NCBI GenBank assembly: GCA_021810605.1
Contig: JAJZIL010000002.1
Location: forward strand, 1,109 to 65,108
DNA: 64,000 nucleotides
Origin: a bacterium
Lineage (GTDB): Bacteria > Patescibacteriota > Dojkabacteria > JAKAPS01 > JAJZLI01
Direction: 5' to 3'
A model generated the notes under the pieces. That model had not been told where the DNA came from. It did no database searches and was given only the letters and a program-made list of their open reading frames with translations. The translations under genes and the position numbers were made by a program. Numbering within the stretch: position 1 is the first letter of the stretch; each line of letters opens with the position of its first letter. Below, piece by piece: positions 30,628-40,962 of this stretch.

Positions 30628-32685
30628 ATGGATAGTATACGAAATATAGGTATAATAGCTCATATAGATGCTGGTAAAACTACTAGTACAGAGAGAATAT
30701 TATATTATACTGGTAAAACATATAAAATAGGGGAGGTTCATGAAGGTGAAGCGGTTATGGATTGGATGGATCAAGAAAAGGAGAGAGGAATTACGATTAC
30801 TTCAGCTGCAACTACAACATTTTGGCAATTAGAAGGTAAAAAATATAGAATTAATATTATTGATACTCCTGGTCATGTAGATTTTACTGCTGAAGTAGAG
30901 AGATCTTTAAGAGTTTTAGATGGAGGAGTTGTTGTTTTCGATGGAAAAATGGGAGTTGAACCTCAATCAGAAACTGTATGGAGACAAGCAGATAAATATA
31001 ATGTACCTAGAATATGTTTTATTAATAAATTAGATGGTATAGGTGCAGATTTTTATATGTCTTTTAATTCAATTGTAGATAGATTAGGTGCAGATATAGT
31101 TGTTATGCAATTACCTATAGGTTCTGAAAGTAATTTAAGAGGTATTATAGATTTAGTAACTCAAAAAGCTTATATATATACAAATGATTTAGGTACTGAT
31201 ATTAAGGAAGAAGATATTCCTGAAGATATGAAAGATAAGGTAAAAGAGTATAGATCTAAACTTGTAGAGAAAGCATCTGAATATGATGATGAGTTAATGG
31301 AAAAGTATTTAAATGGAGAAGATTTAAGTATAGATGATATACATAGAGGTATTAGAGCTGGTGTTATATCTGGATCTCTTTTTCCAGTTTTTGGAGGAAG
31401 TGCTTTAAAAAATAAAGGGTTTCAATTACTATTAGATGCAATAATAAGGTATCTTCCTTCTCCTGTAGATGCTGGAGATATAAAAGGTTTAAATAGTAAA
31501 GAAGAGGAAATTGATATAAAAGTTTCTCCAGATTCTCCTTTTTGTGCATTAGCATTCAAGATAATGTCTGATCCTCATGTAGGTAAATTAACTTTTTTTA
31601 GGATATATTCAGGAAAAATTAAAAAAGGATCTTTTATATATAATTCATCTAAGAATAAAGAAGAAAGAGTTTCAAGGATACTACTAATGCATGCAAATCA
31701 TAGAGAAGAAACTGATGAACTATCAGCAGGAGATATAGGTGCATTAGTTGGATTAAAAGATACTACAACTGGAGATACTTTATGTGATAGTTCTAATAAA
31801 GTTTTACTAGAGAGTATTACTTTTCCTGAACCTGTAGTTTCTATTGCAATTGAGCCTAAAACAAAAGCAGATCAAGAAAAAATGTCTTTAGCTATACATA
31901 AATTATCTGAAGAAGATCCTACATTCCAAATGAAATCAGACTTAGAAACAGGTCAAACTATTATTTCTGGAATGGGAGAATTACACCTAGATATATTAGT
32001 AGATAGAATGAAAAGAGAGTTTGCAGTAGAGGCTAATATTGGTGCTCCTCAAGTAGCATATAGAGAAAGTATAACGAAAGAATCTAGTGCTGAGGGTAAA
32101 TATATAAAACAATCAGGGGGAAGAGGACAATATGGGCATTGTTATTTAAGAATAAAACCTAGACAGAGAGGAGAAGGATTTGAATTCATAAATGAGATCA
32201 AAGGAGGATCTATTCCTCAAGAATATATTCCTGCTATTGAAAAAGGAATAATTGAGACTATGACAGCAGGAGTTATAGCTGGTTATCCTGTAGTTGATAT
32301 ATCTGCAACATTATATGATGGATCATTTCATGAGGTTGATTCTTCAGAAATGGCATTTAAAATTGCTGCATCAATGGCTTTTAAAGATGCAATGAGAGCT
32401 GCAGCTCCTATTTTACTTGAACCTATAATGAAAGTAGAAGTCGTTACTCCAGAAGAATTTATGGGAACCATAACTGGTAATTTAACAAGTAAAAGAGGTC
32501 TAATGATAGGAACAGGATTAAGAGGAAATGCTAGAGTGATTAATATAGAAGTTCCTCTTGCAAATATGTTTGGTTTTACTACAGAATTAAGATCTATGTC
32601 ATCTGGAAGAGCTTCTTCTACGATGGAATTCGAAAAATATGAAGTAGTTCCTAAAAATATTGTTGACGAGATAGCAAAAAAATAA
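30628..32685 (+). CDS. fusA: elongation factor G
   Basis: G1 [17 protein letters not shown] and a size of 685 aa. Confidence 0.95.
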   Translation: MDSIRNIGIIAHIDAGKTTSTERILYYTGKTYKIGEVHEGEAVMDWMDQEKERGITITSAATTTFWQLEGKKYRINIIDTPGHVDFTAEVERSLRVLDGGVVVFDGKMGVEPQSETVWRQADKYNVPRICFINKLDGIGADFYMSFNSIVDRLGADIVVMQLPIGSESNLRGIIDLVTQKAYIYTNDLGTDIKEEDIPEDMKDKVKEYRSKLVEKASEYDDELMEKYLNGEDLSIDDIHRGIRAGVISGSLFPVFGGSALKNKGFQLLLDAIIRYLPSPVDAGDIKGLNSKEEEIDIKVSPDSPFCALAFKIMSDPHVGKLTFFRIYSGKIKKGSFIYNSSKNKEERVSRILLMHANHREETDELSAGDIGALVGLKDTTTGDTLCDSSNKVLLESITFPEPVVSIAIEPKTKADQEKMSLAIHKLSEEDPTFQMKSDLETGQTIISGMGELHLDILVDRMKREFAVEANIGAPQVAYRESITKESSAEGKYIKQSGGRGQYGHCYLRIKPRQRGEGFEFINEIKGGSIPQEYIPAIEKGIIETMTAGVIAGYPVVDISATLYDGSFHEVDSSEMAFKIAASMAFKDAMRAAAPILLEPIMKVEVVTPEEFMGTITGNLTSKRGLMIGTGLRGNARVINIEVPLANMFGFTTELRSMSSGRASSTMEFEKYEVVPKNIVDEIAKK

Positions 32686-32817
32686 TTTGCAAATAATATA
32701 TTATTTATTAGTACTGTATTTTGAATTCAGTATGACTTTAATAAATTCCTGTTTGTGTTATTGTGTGTTTATATTTATTTAATAAAGTTTTTAATGTTAT
32801 AATATAAATATAATTAT

Positions 32818-32901
32818 GCCGGGATGGCGGAACTGGTAGACGCACAGGACTCAAAATCCTGCGAGAACTTTCTCATGAGGGTCCGAGTCCCTCTCTCGGT
32901 A
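32818..32901 (+). tRNA. tRNA-Leu (anticodon CAA), type II with a long variable arm
   Basis: Acceptor GCCGGGA/TCTCGGT (two G-U pairs), D-arm GGCGGAACTGGTAGACGC nearly identical to E. coli tRNA-Leu, anticodon loop CUCAAAA, a long variable arm, and T-arm GAGGG-TCCGAGT-CCCTC. The C at T-loop position 55 is unusual. CCA is not encoded. Confidence 0.8.
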
Positions 32902-32924
32902 ATTACTTTAATATGGGATAAATT

Positions 32925-33473
32925 ATGTCAACATTAAACTCAGGACAATTAAGAGCAGGTGTAGTATTTAAAGATGGAAATGAAAATTTCCTAGTTTTAA
33001 AATATGAACATGTAACTCAAGGTAGGGGAGGTACTACTATTAAATTGAAGGTTAAAAATATATTGAATGGTGCAATCGTAGAGAAGGGATATAATGTAAA
33101 TGATAAATTTGAAAGTGTAGATGTGAGTAAATCCTCAGCTCAGTTTCTTTATTCTGAATCTGGTACTTGCTATTTTATGGATTCTGCAACCTTTAATCAA
33201 TTTCAGTTGGATTTTGAAAATAAATATCTTTCTCCAGGAGAAAAAATAATAGTTACTTATTTAGAAGATAGACCTATTGATATTGAGATTCCTAATATTG
33301 TTACACTTAAAGTAGAGTATACTGAATCTTCAAGTAAAGGGAATACAGTGAATAATGCCTTAAAGAATGCTAGATTAGAAACAGGTTTAGAGATTAAAGT
33401 CCCTATGTTTGTAAATATAGGAGATTCTATTAAAATTAATACTCAAAGTGAAGAATATGTTGGAAGAGCTTGA
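32925..33473 (+). CDS. efp: elongation factor P
   Basis: 182 aa with an N-terminal KOW-like region (RAGVVFKDGNENFLVLKYEHVTQGRGG). Confidence 0.85.
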   Translation: MSTLNSGQLRAGVVFKDGNENFLVLKYEHVTQGRGGTTIKLKVKNILNGAIVEKGYNVNDKFESVDVSKSSAQFLYSESGTCYFMDSATFNQFQLDFENKYLSPGEKIIVTYLEDRPIDIEIPNIVTLKVEYTESSSKGNTVNNALKNARLETGLEIKVPMFVNIGDSIKINTQSEEYVGRA

Positions 33474-34746
33474 TGTAAAAACATATGAATTTGAAAATGA
33501 TATAAGGCTTATTACTGTAGATGTAAAGGATTCTTTATTTATATCAATAGATATATTTGTTAATGCAGGGAATAGAGATGAAGAGAGAGGAGAATCTGGT
33601 ATAGCTCATTTTCTTGAACATATAATGTTTTCAGGAACTAAGAAAAGGAAAGATAATAGAGAAATTAGTTTTGAAGTAGAGACAATTGGTGGATATTTTA
33701 ATGCGAGTACATCAGATGAATACACTATATATTATGTTAAAGTTCCATATGAAAATTTTATAAAAGCTCTTGATATAATTTCTGATATGTTTCTTAATTC
33801 TACATTTGAGAAAGATTTTATTGATTTGGAAAGAGGTGTAGTTAAACAAGAATTAAACATGTATAAAGATAATCCTAGAAGACTTGTATCTGAAAATTTT
33901 TCTAAATTATTATATAAAGGTTCTAGCCTAGATAGTGATATAGATCTACAACTTAAATTACTTAAAAGTATAGACAGAACAGATCTTCTTAATTTTATAT
34001 CAAAGTATTATTTAAATAAGAATATAATAATATCTGTAGTAGGGAATATTTCTAATTATAATGTAGAAAAAGAAGTGTATTCTAAATTTAATTCTAGGAA
34101 ATCTCAAAAAAGCCTATATACAAGGGATAAAGCAAAATTTAATATTGAAGATAATAAAATAATATATGTAAAAAAAGATTTAAATCAGAGTAGCTTTATA
34201 TTAGGAATGAAAAGTTTCTCTTTATATACAGAATATTATTATGAATTATTAATTATGTCTACAATATTAGGTAGTGGGCAGGGATCTCATTTATATCAAT
34301 TTTTGAGAAATAAATTAGGAGTAGCATATTATTCGTCAGCATATAATGCTTTTTATACAGATACTGGATATTTCTCAATATCTGCAGGTGTAGAGAATGA
34401 TAATTTTTTGAAATCATTAAAATCTGTAGTTAAGTTTTTAAATGAATTTAAATCAGGGAATTTTAATCAAGAAGATATTGATAGAGCAAAAGGATATTGT
34501 ATAGGTAGTATAATATCAATATTTGAAACTGCTGATAATATTGCCGATTTTATACTTACAGAATATGCTTATTTGGGGAGAATAAGGAGTATAAAAGAAA
34601 TGAAAGAAGGAATTTTGTCTGTTAGTAAAAATGATATAATTAAGGTATTTGATTTGATTTATAAGGATTTATATTTATCTGTCGTAACAAATTCAAATTA
34701 TGATGATGCAGAATATGATAATATATTAAAAGATGCAAATTATTGA
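33457..34746 (+). CDS. M16-family (insulinase-like) zinc peptidase
   Basis: Inverted zincin motif HFLEHIMF (HxxEH). The start is taken at the ATG at 33457, not the GTG at 33448. Confidence 0.7.
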   Translation: MLEELDVKTYEFENDIRLITVDVKDSLFISIDIFVNAGNRDEERGESGIAHFLEHIMFSGTKKRKDNREISFEVETIGGYFNASTSDEYTIYYVKVPYENFIKALDIISDMFLNSTFEKDFIDLERGVVKQELNMYKDNPRRLVSENFSKLLYKGSSLDSDIDLQLKLLKSIDRTDLLNFISKYYLNKNIIISVVGNISNYNVEKEVYSKFNSRKSQKSLYTRDKAKFNIEDNKIIYVKKDLNQSSFILGMKSFSLYTEYYYELLIMSTILGSGQGSHLYQFLRNKLGVAYYSSAYNAFYTDTGYFSISAGVENDNFLKSLKSVVKFLNEFKSGNFNQEDIDRAKGYCIGSIISIFETADNIADFILTEYAYLGRIRSIKEMKEGILSVSKNDIIKVFDLIYKDLYLSVVTNSNYDDAEYDNILKDANY

Positions 34747-35302
34747 TATTTTAATATATATTGTTCTTATTTTAGTAGCCTCATTTATATTATGGATACT
34801 ATTTACTAGAAAAAGAGTCTTTTCTAATAATGATTTTTGGGATTTTATATTTTTGCTTTTAATCTTTTCTGTTATTGGATATTACATTCTTTCATATGAA
34901 GGGATGATAGTCTCCAATATATTAGCTACATTAATATTTTTCAAATTAAAAACATATTCATATAAGGATATTTTTGATTTTTTTGCTATATTTAGTGCTA
35001 TATTATTAATTACAGAATTCATCTTTCATTTGGATATATATCTTCTTTTAATTATACTTCTTATAATATTAATTATACTTTTAAGAGTAGTAAAAAGAGG
35101 CTATAGTGTTATCCTTTTTCTATTTATATATTCAATAATATACTATTTTGATAGAAATTTATGGATGTTTTCAAATAATTATATATATAATCTAGATTTA
35201 GATGCAATTATATTACTCAGTTCATTGTTATTCTTATTTATTGGTATTTTTTTTAAAGAAGGTAAATATACTTATGATAATATTTTAAAAAGAAAAGTTT
35301 AA
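34733..35302 (+). CDS. hypothetical polytopic membrane protein
   Basis: About 6 hydrophobic helices and no recognisable motif. Confidence 0.4.
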   Translation: MQIIDILIYIVLILVASFILWILFTRKRVFSNNDFWDFIFLLLIFSVIGYYILSYEGMIVSNILATLIFFKLKTYSYKDIFDFFAIFSAILLITEFIFHLDIYLLLIILLIILIILLRVVKRGYSVILFLFIYSIIYYFDRNLWMFSNNYIYNLDLDAIILLSSLLFLFIGIFFKEGKYTYDNILKRKV

Positions 35303-35403
35303 AAGTCTAATTGAGTTAATATAACAAGGTAAATTCTATTTTTATTTCAATTTTAATATTTTGTGCTATAATGAAGTTCAAAAAATTTTATTAAACAAAA
35401 AAT

Positions 35404-35745
35404 ATGAATATAAATCAAATTAAAGATCAGTTAGAAGAGGAGAGAACAAAAATTCTTTTGGAGATATCTAACTTAGATACTTCAGTAAAGTCATTTCCAG
35501 ATGCAGATATTGCAGAGGAATTTGAAGGTGCAGATGTAATGAATAACAAAATTGAGAGATTTAAGATGAGGGATGAGTTAGAAGAAGTTTTAAAAGATAT
35601 AGATATAACATTAGGAAAGATAAAGAAGAATAAATATGGATTATGTGAGAATTGTAAATTAAATATTGAGCCAAAAAGATTAGAAATGTATCCTTTTGCA
35701 AAATATTGTACTAAATGTATGGATAACTTTGAAAATGAAAAATGA
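35404..35745 (+). CDS. DksA/TraR-family C4 zinc-finger protein
   Basis: Coiled-coil N-terminus and a C-terminal CENC...17 aa...CTKC motif. Confidence 0.6.
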   Translation: MNINQIKDQLEEERTKILLEISNLDTSVKSFPDADIAEEFEGADVMNNKIERFKMRDELEEVLKDIDITLGKIKKNKYGLCENCKLNIEPKRLEMYPFAKYCTKCMDNFENEK

Positions 35746-36676
35746 AGACACTATTGAGATTATATCAGATTATTCTACTCGATTAGACATATATTTGTCA
35801 GACACCCAAAAATTATCTAGAAATCATTTTAGAAAACTTATTAAAGATGGATTTGTTACAGTTAATGATAAATTGGTAAGGAAAACTAAATTTAAGATTA
35901 ATGTTGGAGATAAAATAGTTTATAGAGAATTTAAATATATAGAAGATCTCTCAGATATAGTTCCTCAAAGGATGAAAATAAATATAATATATGAAGATGA
36001 TAATATAATAGTTGTGAATAAGCCAGAAGGTTTAGTAGTACATCCGGCTGCGGGTAACCAAAGAAATACCCTTTTGAATGGAATAATATTTAAAATGAAA
36101 TTTGAAAAAATTTTAAATGAAAGACCAGGTGTAGTACATAGGTTAGATAAGAATACATCAGGGGTAATAATATTTGCGAAAAATGAATATACTCTTAATT
36201 TTTTAATAAATCAATTTAAATCTAGAGAAGTTGAAAAAAAATATATAGTTTTAGTTAAAGGTATAGTAAGTATTAAGAATAGTAAATTAACAAAGATAGA
36301 TAGTAAAAATTTTTATATTCAGGGTAATTTGAAAAGAAGTAAATATAATAGAAAATTATTTACTTTTTCTGAGGAAGGAAAAGAAGCAATTACTTATTTT
36401 AAAATAATAAAATATATCAATAAGGAATTCACATTACTTGAAGCATACCCTAAGACAGGAAGAACACATCAGATTAGAGTTTCATTAGCATATATAGATC
36501 ATCCCGTTGTTGGAGACAGTGCATACTCAAGAAAATCAATCTCTTATCCTCATATGTTTTTACATTCATATTCTCTTAAAATAGTTATTCCTGATAAGGG
36601 GGAGAGAGAATTTAAAGCACAATTACCAAATTTTTGGAAAAATATTCCAGGAGTATATACTTTGTATAAGGGGTAG
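35735..36676 (+). CDS. rluD: RluA-family 23S rRNA pseudouridine synthase (RluD-like)
   Basis: S4-like N-terminus and the catalytic HRLDKNTSGV motif. The start is taken at ATG 35735 (MKNEDT), which overlaps the upstream gene by 11 nt. The ORF-track start at 35696 is probably too early. Confidence 0.75.
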   Translation: MKNEDTIEIISDYSTRLDIYLSDTQKLSRNHFRKLIKDGFVTVNDKLVRKTKFKINVGDKIVYREFKYIEDLSDIVPQRMKINIIYEDDNIIVVNKPEGLVVHPAAGNQRNTLLNGIIFKMKFEKILNERPGVVHRLDKNTSGVIIFAKNEYTLNFLINQFKSREVEKKYIVLVKGIVSIKNSKLTKIDSKNFYIQGNLKRSKYNRKLFTFSEEGKEAITYFKIIKYINKEFTLLEAYPKTGRTHQIRVSLAYIDHPVVGDSAYSRKSISYPHMFLHSYSLKIVIPDKGEREFKAQLPNFWKNIPGVYTLYKG

Positions 36677-36679
36677 TAT

Positions 36680-36979
36680 ATGTCTGATAAGTTTATTAAG
36701 ATTAATGAGAGCTTCAAATGTGTATATTGTGGGATTTTTAATGAAAGAGATACACATGGATCATGTAGAAATCATTGTACAGAATGCCTATACTCACTTC
36801 ATGTAGATATATATCCAGGAGATAGAAGAGAAAAGTGTAATGGTATTATGAAACCAATACAAATAGAAAGTATTGGAGGTAAAAATATAATATATCATAA
36901 ATGTCTAGTTTGTAATAAAATAAAGAAAAATAAGTCATCTATAGATGATAACTTATTAAATTTTTATGAAGCCTATTAA
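36680..36979 (+). CDS. RNHCP-domain Cys-rich small protein
   Basis: CVYCG...GSCRNHCTEC...CNG...CLVCN, 10 Cys in 99 aa, resembling the RNHCP domain family. Confidence 0.45.
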   Translation: MSDKFIKINESFKCVYCGIFNERDTHGSCRNHCTECLYSLHVDIYPGDRREKCNGIMKPIQIESIGGKNIIYHKCLVCNKIKKNKSSIDDNLLNFYEAY

Positions 36980-38129
36980 AAGAAGAAGAAAAACTAGTAG
37001 CAAAGTTTTAATTTTATTAATTATAATAATTGTAATATTAGGATATTTCTTTATATCTAGTATAATATTATTTAATAAAATTAGTTTTAAAAATGACCCA
37101 GGATATCAAGGTTCATATGTTAGTTGGAATAATGTTAATACAATTAATATACTTGTTTTATATAGTAATATTAATGAGAATAGCTTAAATACTTATAATG
37201 CTATATTATCAATCGATCCTAGAGGTACTGTGTCAATTTTAAATATTCCTTCAGATATTAAAATTGTTACTCCATCTGGAACATACCAAAGATTAAATAC
37301 TATTTATCCTGTTGGAAATTTAAATTCTCCGCAAATAGGAGTTAATCTAACATTAAAATATTTAAGATATAATCTTGCTATTCCTATTGAAGGATATATT
37401 TCTTTTAATTCTAGTACTATAAATAATTTAAAAACTGGAATATCAATAAATTCTTTGTATAATTTTAAATATAAAGGTGTATCAATAAATAAAGGTTATA
37501 ATAATCTTTCTCTTCAAGATATTAAGGATATAATGGGAATAAAGAATGATACTCAATTAACTTTATATATTAAAAATACTATTTTTAATAGTATACTGTC
37601 AAAATTTATTAATACTTTCTCTATAGTTAATTTTAGTAGTAGTGCAAAATCTTTAAGAGATATCTTTTATTCAAATATAGGAGAAGGTTCTTTAAATAAT
37701 ATCTTTTATAATATATATAAAGTGGGAGAGAGTAATTTTAAATTATTATATCTTCCAAATAAAGGTAATGATATAAATTTACAGAATACAGACTATTATA
37801 TTAGTACCAATTTCTTAGATTATTCTTTCTCAAATAGTGGAGTATTAATACAAATTTTGGATGCTTCTAATAGTAATAGTGCAGTGTATCAATTTAGTAG
37901 ATATATTAATAATTTAGGAGGTAATATTTCATCTATAGGTATATATAATGGGAATACACAAAAAGATATAATATATGTTAGTAATAAAAATAAATATTCA
38001 TATGATGTATCAGTATTAACACAAATTTTAGGATCAAAAAATGTTAAAATAATAAATAGTACTCCTAATTTTTTTTATACTGGGTCAATAATTGTTGTTT
38101 TAGGGACAGATGATACATATATATATTAA
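36966..38129 (+). CDS. LytR-CpsA-Psr (LCP) family cell-envelope phosphotransferase
   Basis: N-terminal TM anchor, then NILVLYSN...AILSIDPRGTVSILNIPSDIKIV...LNTIYPVG, matching the LCP core motifs. Confidence 0.6.
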   Translation: MKPIKRRRKTSSKVLILLIIIIVILGYFFISSIILFNKISFKNDPGYQGSYVSWNNVNTINILVLYSNINENSLNTYNAILSIDPRGTVSILNIPSDIKIVTPSGTYQRLNTIYPVGNLNSPQIGVNLTLKYLRYNLAIPIEGYISFNSSTINNLKTGISINSLYNFKYKGVSINKGYNNLSLQDIKDIMGIKNDTQLTLYIKNTIFNSILSKFINTFSIVNFSSSAKSLRDIFYSNIGEGSLNNIFYNIYKVGESNFKLLYLPNKGNDINLQNTDYYISTNFLDYSFSNSGVLIQILDASNSNSAVYQFSRYINNLGGNISSIGIYNGNTQKDIIYVSNKNKYSYDVSVLTQILGSKNVKIINSTPNFFYTGSIIVVLGTDDTYIY

Positions 38130-38140
38130 TTAATCTAATT

Positions 38141-38920
38141 ATGTCAGGACATTCAAAGTGGTCAACAATTAAGAGAGCAAAAGAAGTTAATGATTTAAAG
38201 AAAGCTAGGTATTTTACAAAAGCTTTGAATCAAATAGTAGTTTCTGTAAAAGATGGAGGAGATAGTATAGAAAGTAATTTTATGCTTAAATTAGCAATAG
38301 ATAATGCAAAGTCTTTAAATATCCCAATAAAATCAATTGAAAATGCTATTAAAAAAGGTAAAGGAGAAGATAAAGAGTACTCAAACTTTGAAAATACTTT
38401 TTATGAAGCTTATGGTCCCGAAAATGTATCAATATTAATAGAGTGTTTTACAGATAATAAAAATAGACTTATTTCTGAGATTAGAACAGTTTTAGATAGA
38501 AATGGTGGGAAACTTCTTAATAATGGTACAATAGGATGGCAGTTCGAATTACAAGTTCTTTTTACTTTAAAAATTGAAACTGAGATAGATAGACAAAATA
38601 GAGTTAAATATGGGCATAATAATAATAAATTACATAAAATTACTGATATAGATAAATTTGAAAATAATCTTATAGATGTTGATGGTATTATTGATTACTA
38701 TATAGAGGAAAATGAATTATATATATATATACTTCCAGAAAAAATGCAAGTAATGAGAAGATTTTTAGAAGAGCAAGAAATTATTGTAGATAATATAGAG
38801 AAAACTTATATTTCAAAAGTGAAAGTAGAGATATCTGAAGAAAATTTTCAAAAATTAGATCACCTTGTAGACATGCTAAGTAGTATAGAAAATGTAGAGA
38901 ATGTTTATATTAATATATAA
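38141..38920 (+). CDS. yebC: YebC/PmpR-family transcriptional regulator
   Basis: MSGHSKWSTIKRAK N-terminus, upstream of ruvC as in many bacteria. Confidence 0.85.
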   Translation: MSGHSKWSTIKRAKEVNDLKKARYFTKALNQIVVSVKDGGDSIESNFMLKLAIDNAKSLNIPIKSIENAIKKGKGEDKEYSNFENTFYEAYGPENVSILIECFTDNKNRLISEIRTVLDRNGGKLLNNGTIGWQFELQVLFTLKIETEIDRQNRVKYGHNNNKLHKITDIDKFENNLIDVDGIIDYYIEENELYIYILPEKMQVMRRFLEEQEIIVDNIEKTYISKVKVEISEENFQKLDHLVDMLSSIENVENVYINI

Positions 38921-38925
38921 TTATT

Positions 38926-39411
38926 ATGTCTAGAAAAATATTAGGAATTGATCCTGGATTTGCTATTTTGGGGTGGGGTTTTATTGAAGGAGAAGGAATC
39001 TCTAAAGTAGATAAAGTAGAGTGGGGTGCTATTACAACTAGTCCAAAAGATACAATAGATAAAAGGTTATTAGTTATATATAATGAGCTTTCAAATATAA
39101 TTAAAATGTATGATCCAGATGAGATATCTTTAGAAAAATTATTTTTTAATACAAATTCTAAAACGGTTATATCAGTAGGGCAATCTCAAGGAATAGCATT
39201 AGTTCTAGCAGCATTAAATGAGAAACCAATTTATTTGTATACTCCACTTCAGGTAAAAAATTCTTTGACAGGCTATGGTGTATCAAATAAAAAACAAATA
39301 CAAAGTATGTTAAAATTAGTATTGAAGTTAGATGAAATTCCAAAACCTGATGATGCAGCTGATGGAATTGCATTAGCTTTATGTCATTTGCAAACAAATA
39401 AATATATATGA
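38926..39411 (+). CDS. ruvC: Holliday junction resolvase RuvC
   Basis: ILGIDPGFAILGWG N-terminal RNase H-fold motif. Confidence 0.85.
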   Translation: MSRKILGIDPGFAILGWGFIEGEGISKVDKVEWGAITTSPKDTIDKRLLVIYNELSNIIKMYDPDEISLEKLFFNTNSKTVISVGQSQGIALVLAALNEKPIYLYTPLQVKNSLTGYGVSNKKQIQSMLKLVLKLDEIPKPDDAADGIALALCHLQTNKYI

Positions 39412-39986
39412 TAGGTTATATAAAAGGTTTTATACAATATATTGGAAAAGGTTATATCGTTATTAATGTTAATGATATTGGTTATAAAGTAGAAATTGGT
39501 GAAAGAACTATTGATTCTTTAGTGCAAAGTAGTAATATTGAACTATATATTTATCCTGAATCTTCAGAAAGAAGTTCTAGATTGTTTGGATTTCTAGATC
39601 AAAAAAGTCTAAATTTATTTGAATTATTACTTACTGTTAATGGTATTGGTCCTAAGGGTGCATTAAATATATTATCAAATTCTAATGCAGATGAATTATC
39701 AATGGCAATAGATAAAGGTGATACTAATTTCCTTGCATCTATACCATCGTTAGGGAAAAAAATGGCAGAGAGAATGATATTAGATTTGAAAGGAAAGATT
39801 GATTTAACTCAGAGTGGGAGTGTTTGGTCTTCTGTAAGAAGTGCTTTAATAAATCTAAATTATTCAAATTCAGAGGTAGATTCTATATATGATATTTTTC
39901 AAAATAAATATAGTGATATAAAAGATACTTCAGAGGCAATAAAATTAGCTATATTACTTTTAAATGATAGTAAAAAATATGAATAA
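39408..39986 (+). CDS. ruvA: Holliday junction branch-migration protein RuvA
   Basis: MIGYIKG N-terminus, HhH region (VNGIGPKGAL), and a position between ruvC and ruvB. Confidence 0.8.
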   Translation: MIGYIKGFIQYIGKGYIVINVNDIGYKVEIGERTIDSLVQSSNIELYIYPESSERSSRLFGFLDQKSLNLFELLLTVNGIGPKGALNILSNSNADELSMAIDKGDTNFLASIPSLGKKMAERMILDLKGKIDLTQSGSVWSSVRSALINLNYSNSEVDSIYDIFQNKYSDIKDTSEAIKLAILLLNDSKKYE

Positions 39987-40962
39987 AGATAACGATTTAT
40001 TTACAAATATCAGACCGCAAACATTTAATGATGTTATTGGTAGAAAAAAAGAAAAAAAGAACTTATCTATACTTATAGATGCAGCAAAATCTAGAGGTGA
40101 AGTTTTAGAGCATATTTTATTTTATGGTCCTCCTGGACTTGGAAAAACAACTCTTTCTTCAGTTATTGCAAGTGAAATGGGTGTAAATATAAAAATTACA
40201 TCTGGTCCTGCATTAACTAGAGCTGCTGATATAGCTTCAATAGTAACTAGATTGTCAAGAGGAGATATATTATTTATTGATGAAATACATAGGTTAAACA
40301 AAGTTATAGAAGAAAAATTATATTCTGCAATGGAAGATTTTGCATTAGATGTAGTAATAGGCACTGGTCCATCTGCGGATATTGTTAGAATAGATTTGAA
40401 TCCATTTACGATTATAGGTGCAACTACTAGAATAGGATTGATATCTGCACCCTTAAGGGAACGATTTGGGGCTATTGTGAGGTTAGATTATTATACACAA
40501 GAAGATATTGAAGAAATTATTCTTAGGAGTGCAAAAATTCTTAATGTAAATATAGATAATGAAGCTATTAAAGAAATAGCATCTAGAAGTAGAGGTACAG
40601 CAAGGATAGCGAATAGGTTATTAAAAAGAGTTAGAGATTATGCACAAGTCTATAATATTAACCATATAAAAAAACAGGATGCTATTAAAGCATTTGATGC
40701 TCAAAGTATAGATAAAATGGGTTTAGATGAATTAGATTTAAAAATATTAGAAGTTATAGTGATAAATTTTAATGGAGGACCTGTAGGTGTAAGTACTATT
40801 GCAGACTCTGTATCTGAAGAAATAGATACAATAGAAGATGTATGTGAACCATTTTTGATCCAATCTGGACTTATCAAAAAAACATCTAGGGGTCGGGTAG
40901 CTACAAAATTTGCTTTTGATTATTTAAAAATTCCTTATAATGAAGAACTTTCTCTTATCTAA
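39964..40962 (+). CDS. ruvB: Holliday junction helicase RuvB
   Basis: Walker A GPPGLGKTT, Walker B IDEIHRL, and an AAA+ fold. Confidence 0.9.
   Translation: MIVKNMNKDNDLFTNIRPQTFNDVIGRKKEKKNLSILIDAAKSRGEVLEHILFYGPPGLGKTTLSSVIASEMGVNIKITSGPALTRAADIASIVTRLSRGDILFIDEIHRLNKVIEEKLYSAMEDFALDVVIGTGPSADIVRIDLNPFTIIGATTRIGLISAPLRERFGAIVRLDYYTQEDIEEIILRSAKILNVNIDNEAIKEIASRSRGTARIANRLLKRVRDYAQVYNINHIKKQDAIKAFDAQSIDKMGLDELDLKILEVIVINFNGGPVGVSTIADSVSEEIDTIEDVCEPFLIQSGLIKKTSRGRVATKFAFDYLKIPYNEELSLI

Noticed and set aside
35696-35734. Upstream extension of the rluD ORF (MQNIVLNVWITLK…) overlapping the dksA/traR-like gene by 50 nt
   Set aside because: The conserved S4-domain start MKNEDTIEI begins at ATG 35735. 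The extension is translated from the 3' end of the upstream gene in another frame and is not needed.
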